DNA of 64,000 nucleotides, taken from assembly GCF_022045235.1 (NCBI RefSeq), contig NW_027266297.1, positions 19,344,001 to 19,408,000 on the forward strand, given 5' to 3'. Position 1 is the first letter of the stretch, and every line of letters starts with the position of its first letter. Both the position numbers and the translations under genes were made by a program. Under the pieces are notes generated by a model. The model was not told where the DNA came from. It ran no database searches and saw only the letters and a list, made by a program, of their open reading frames with translations. This DNA is from Haliotis cracherodii (lineage: Eukaryota). This document shows, one piece after another, positions 59,775 to 64,000 of this stretch.

Positions 59775-60140
59775 ATTCGCTGATAAAAAGTAATTTTGAT
59801 ATACATACGTTAATAGAAAGTAATTTGTTGTAATATGATGTATACCTCCGCTGATATAAGGTAATATGTTGGATACACCCGATAATAAAAAGTAATATGG
59901 AGTAATCTCCGCTGATAAAAAGTAATTTGCTGCATACATCCAAAAAACGAAAAATAATTGTTTTAAACCTCCGCTGGTAAAAAGTAATTTGTTGTATTCA
60001 TCCGATGATAGAAAGTAATTCTGTATACATCCGCTGATAAAAAGAAATTTATCGTCCACCTCCCCTGATAAAAGGTAATTTATTGTATATATCAGCTGAT
60101 AAAAAGTAATTCTTGTATACCCCCGCTGATAAAAAGTAAT
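59775..60140. repeat. Degenerate tandem repeat of about 30-35 bp, 3' of g5
   Basis: Recurrent CCGCTGATAAAAAGTAATTT..GTATAC motif. Confidence 0.75.
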
Positions 60141-60751
60141 GTTTTCTTATATATTTTAGATTGTTCAATTTCAAACGATTTATTTCACCTCGCTTTGCTC
60201 ATATAGCAGAATTCATCAAACTTCAGATCTCATATTCCACGATGTTGCCAAATTATACCAAGCGCAAGTCCCGACTGAGGTCTCGGACCATGGTGGTACG
60301 GTCAAACTGTTTCTGTTCCCAGTCCTCGGGTGGCCCAGTGGTCCCTACCCGTCCTTTGACCATGCCAGGATCCGCTCATGTCCCTAAGTCGCCCGAATTA
60401 TCTTCGTGTCACACGCCACGTCTTTTACAGTCATAGTCTCAAGTCTGTTACCCCGTAAAACAGATACACATTCCACAAACAAATCATGTGTCTGTTAAAT
60501 ATACGTGGTCTTCTATCGAAAAACATCCGTGTGTGGTTAACATACAGACATATATACCGATTATGAGCACAGAAAGCAAAAAGAAAGCAATATATCCATT
60601 CTTGTAATACTGACATTGTATCACACGCATAGGACTTGTTACAGTTTGGGTGTGTTAGTGGTAGCACCAGAAGGATATCCTCTGCAGGCCCACTGTCACT
60701 GATGGAGACTGCCGCCGGATGAATCTACAGTGGGAGAAGGGGGCACATTCC

Positions 60752-61014
60752 TTGGTTGGTTGGTTGGTTGGTTGTTTTACAGCAATATTACAGCTATATA
60801 ACGGCGGTCTGTAAAATAATCGAGTCTGGAACAGACAATCCAGTGATTGATATCATGAGCATCGATCCACGCAATTGGGATCGATGACATGTATCAACCA
60901 AGTCAGCGAGCTTGACCACCCGATCCCGTTAATCGCCTTTTACGACAAGCATAGTCGCCTTTTATGGCAAGCATGGGTTGCTGAAGACCTATTCTACCCT
61001 GGATCTTCACGGGT
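60752..61014 (-). mobile_element. SINE-like family C, full length
   Basis: (GGTT)n tail, collinear body, ends CCCTGGATCTTCACGGG; flanking direct repeat CACATTCCTTG. Confidence 0.9.
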
Positions 61015-61089
61015 CCACATTCCTTGAACGACATTCTACTCCGCGGTCTGTACACTGATATTAAAATACACATTTGCTCATCAAATATA

Positions 61090-61129
<40 letters not shown>

Positions 61130-61355
61130 TGTGTGTGGCTGCTTCTACTAGGCCCAGACTAATGACGCTTTCTTAGTGCTAGCCCACTGAGATATCATGC
61201 TACAGATTATCATGGATACCCCACTCAGACACATTACAAAACTGACTCCAAGCCGACCAGTCCTTGTTTTAGCTCCTAAATGCCGAGCGCCAGGTTTGGT
61301 AACAGCAAGTACCATCTTTTAACGTCATCTCGTATGCCGCGGCCGGGTATCGAAA
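61090..61355 (-). mobile_element. SINE family D fragment with a (GCGT)n microsatellite
   Basis: ACTGACTCCAAGCCGACCAGTCCTTGTTTTAG..AATGCCGAGCGCCAGG..AGTACCATC matches the family D body. Confidence 0.75.
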
Positions 61356-61974
61356 CTAGTGTACTGTGATTAAATTGTTCTGGGTATATAGACATGAGAG
61401 ATAATCAAACAACAATGTCGTGGTATTGTTCGAATCTTATTTGGTGTGTTTGGAGATGAACCGATTCCCAGTTTGATATACTGTTCTTCAGTTACATGCA
61501 GTGACACTGGGATTACCAGGGGTAGGTAAATGTTGGTGAGTGAATATGCTTACATATTTGACTTCAGTACCGATACTGACATTCGACTGTGAACATGGAA
61601 CATAGCAGAGATTTCAACATCGTCTGATTTCACCAAACGGCTTACGTCGAACACAGACCGTCAGCTGACATGAAGGCCAAAACATGAATTAGTTCCAATT
61701 TACAGATGGAGTAAACTACGTTTATAACGAACACGCTTATTTACGAACCTGTTTCTTAGTCCCGGCCATTTGTTGCATATATGCTGTATATATACTTTAA
61801 ACTTTATACTTTTAACCGTAGTTTACTGTATAACCGCACAGAAACATATGTTATTTCTTTGTAACATGGACGCTCACTATTACAACATTAGATAATTTTC
61901 AATTTACTTCAATACAACATTCAAACTGGTACGTGAAAGGATGCACACACGGTCACGCACTCATACATACGTTA

Positions 61975-62190
61975 AGTGAGTGTGAGTGAGTTGGGTTTTA
62001 ACTCCCCTTTTAACAGTATTCCAGTTATATCGTGTGTCAGCTTAATGTGGGAGGAAAGCCCGAAGTGATGTAGGCCTCAGATGTTTACCACTTCGGTGAA
62101 ACCCACGAGTACGGCTATGGTGCTGACAAAACTAGAAACATAATCGGGGCAAACCGGGATTCGAACCCACAATCATAGGTTTCTAGGGTC
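61975..62190 (-). mobile_element. SINE family B, 5'-truncated
   Basis: Reverse complement of the family B body and tail. Confidence 0.85.
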
Positions 62191-64000
62191 CCAAAGAAAC
62201 TGTTTCAAACTATAAATATCTAGAAGTTTCATGGACACAGTCACGTCTCTCACAAGAAGAAAGGTTTTCACTTTTAAGTTCGACCGAAATATGGTGCCAA
62301 TTTCAAATATTGGGTTATGGCGTTTGTAAATTAATCATCCATATTGCCTGATGCAGTTGAATAACATGGACTCGTTAAAAGTACTTCTTCAAGGACATCA
62401 GTATTTGGAAAGGTGAGGTTACTGACGATCTGTGTCCCTTCATTGTACCTCATAGCTGCAACCGGAATACCAAGGGGAATATGTAAAAAACTTTTGCATT
62501 CATGTTTTTCAAGGAACTCTACATACAGAATCAATATTAAGCATAAACCTCTGTTGCCATGTATACACATGGGCGTGTCGTGGGATTTGTCAGTAGGGAG
62601 GTAGCCTTTGTCAAATTCTTTATGACATATTGACACAGGTTGTGAAACGCTTTTTAATACATGATGGAATAGCGTATGGTGATTGTCTGGCCAGTTCACG
62701 TATGACCGGGAAGTGTTACTGATAAATCGTGATAATATGTGTCAGTTTGAGCAAATATGATGTACATGAAATGTTTTTGTGTTTTAAAGTTGCAAGGGTG
62801 CGATGTAGTGATGTAGCGATATGAATGTTGTTCGTGAGGTATTTAGAATATATCCAAAACATTTCTTTTTATGAAATATGAGGGCATGGATGGACCCGTC
62901 TTTAAAGGAGCAACAATTCACTGTACAGAGTAGCGTCCCTTAGGTATACGGACACATAAGATCGTAGGAGATTAGACCTGATTTTGCTTCTCTTTGAAGT
63001 ACCATGCGTGCTCGTGGGTTGTACCATAGTAGTTATCGCCTAAAATCCCAGTCCGTCCATGACATAGCTGACACTCTTTAAACTGAAATACCGTTAAACC
63101 AGGCGACTATGCTTGTCGTAAGAGGCGACTAACGGGATCAGGTGGTTAGCTGGTTACGCTCCAAACAGACTGGGGATGAAATAGATTTTCCTGTAATATC
63201 ATCACCATAACATAAAACGATATACATTTGTGCGACTATGCCCGTTTATAAGTGGACAGACAAGGGAGACAACTACGTTATACTCTGTCGTGCCACCTGA
63301 ATATCCTGGCCAGCCAAGGTTCATCATTTAGGATCCGAACCCGCAACTAGATTTAACCTCGGTTATTCAGGTATTCGGGAATCGTCGATAATTCAGTGTA
63401 TCATATCCTCATTCTGTTGGGATATACATCCTGGAACCAGCCGCCGACACATCATCGTTTCGGAAGCCGCATCACAAACACATTTCTCTTATCAATGAGT
63501 TATTACAATATCAATTGTGCGTGTGAGTTTGAAATCAACAACCAATCAAAACGTTTCTTCCGAACGTGAGTTGGCATAGATCAACATTCACAATCGCAGC
63601 CCCTCCAAGAGTCCCCACGATATAAATAATACCTTTGACGTCACTTTATTGTTTTAATGGTGTATAATGTCCCACGGACAGTTTCATCCATATTGCTCAA
63701 ACTCTGAAAATAAACTACTCCATTATCACGCATATCCGGTTGATTTGTTTACCATTCTGTACACACGACATATCGAATTACACGTGCAATCGCTTATTAC
63801 ATAGGTGTAGTTGGTTGGCTCGTCAAACGAATCAAATGTCTGTTATAAAAGAACGCCTTCAAAAGTCGTAAGATTTTATGCAAACTGGCATGTCGGTGGT
63901 CTGTCAGAGGCCCGGTAAAAGCTTAACGTTTGCTGCTCTGCTCGATGAAGACTATTTTAACTGACCGAAAATTAATCATTTGTCATCCTCCCCAACCCAA

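Noticed and set aside
62331-62699. 122-aa minus-strand ORF, possibly a decayed transposon fragment
   Set aside because: No motif I can assign with confidence.

Overview
Eukaryotic, intron-containing, SINE-rich genomic DNA with three assembly gaps. An invertebrate is likely, and the repeat landscape suggests a gastropod mollusc (inference only). The window is dominated by a head-to-tail tandem array of five paralogous + strand genes, called g1-g5 here. Each has two coding exons joined by a phase-1 GT-AG intron at the identical position (..IPxxY[K/E]G|WFxV..). Each encodes an N-terminal CABIT-type domain (THEMIS/GAREM/Serrano family, recognised by motif pattern) followed by a long disordered Pro- and Tyr-motif-rich tail. 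Predicted lengths are g1 829 aa, g2 566 aa, g3 890 aa, g4 552 aa and g5 516 aa. Only g3 keeps the GAREM-like C-terminal SAM domain. Exon 1 of g3, g4 and g5 is about 97% identical at the DNA level in a patchwork pattern, while exon 2 is strongly diverged. The tails carry paralog-specific sets of candidate SH2-, SH3- and PP1-docking motifs. The rest of the window holds at least four SINE-like families, Penelope-like remnants, a fold-back element, several minisatellites and microsatellites. No database searches were run; family assignments come from recalled motif patterns.
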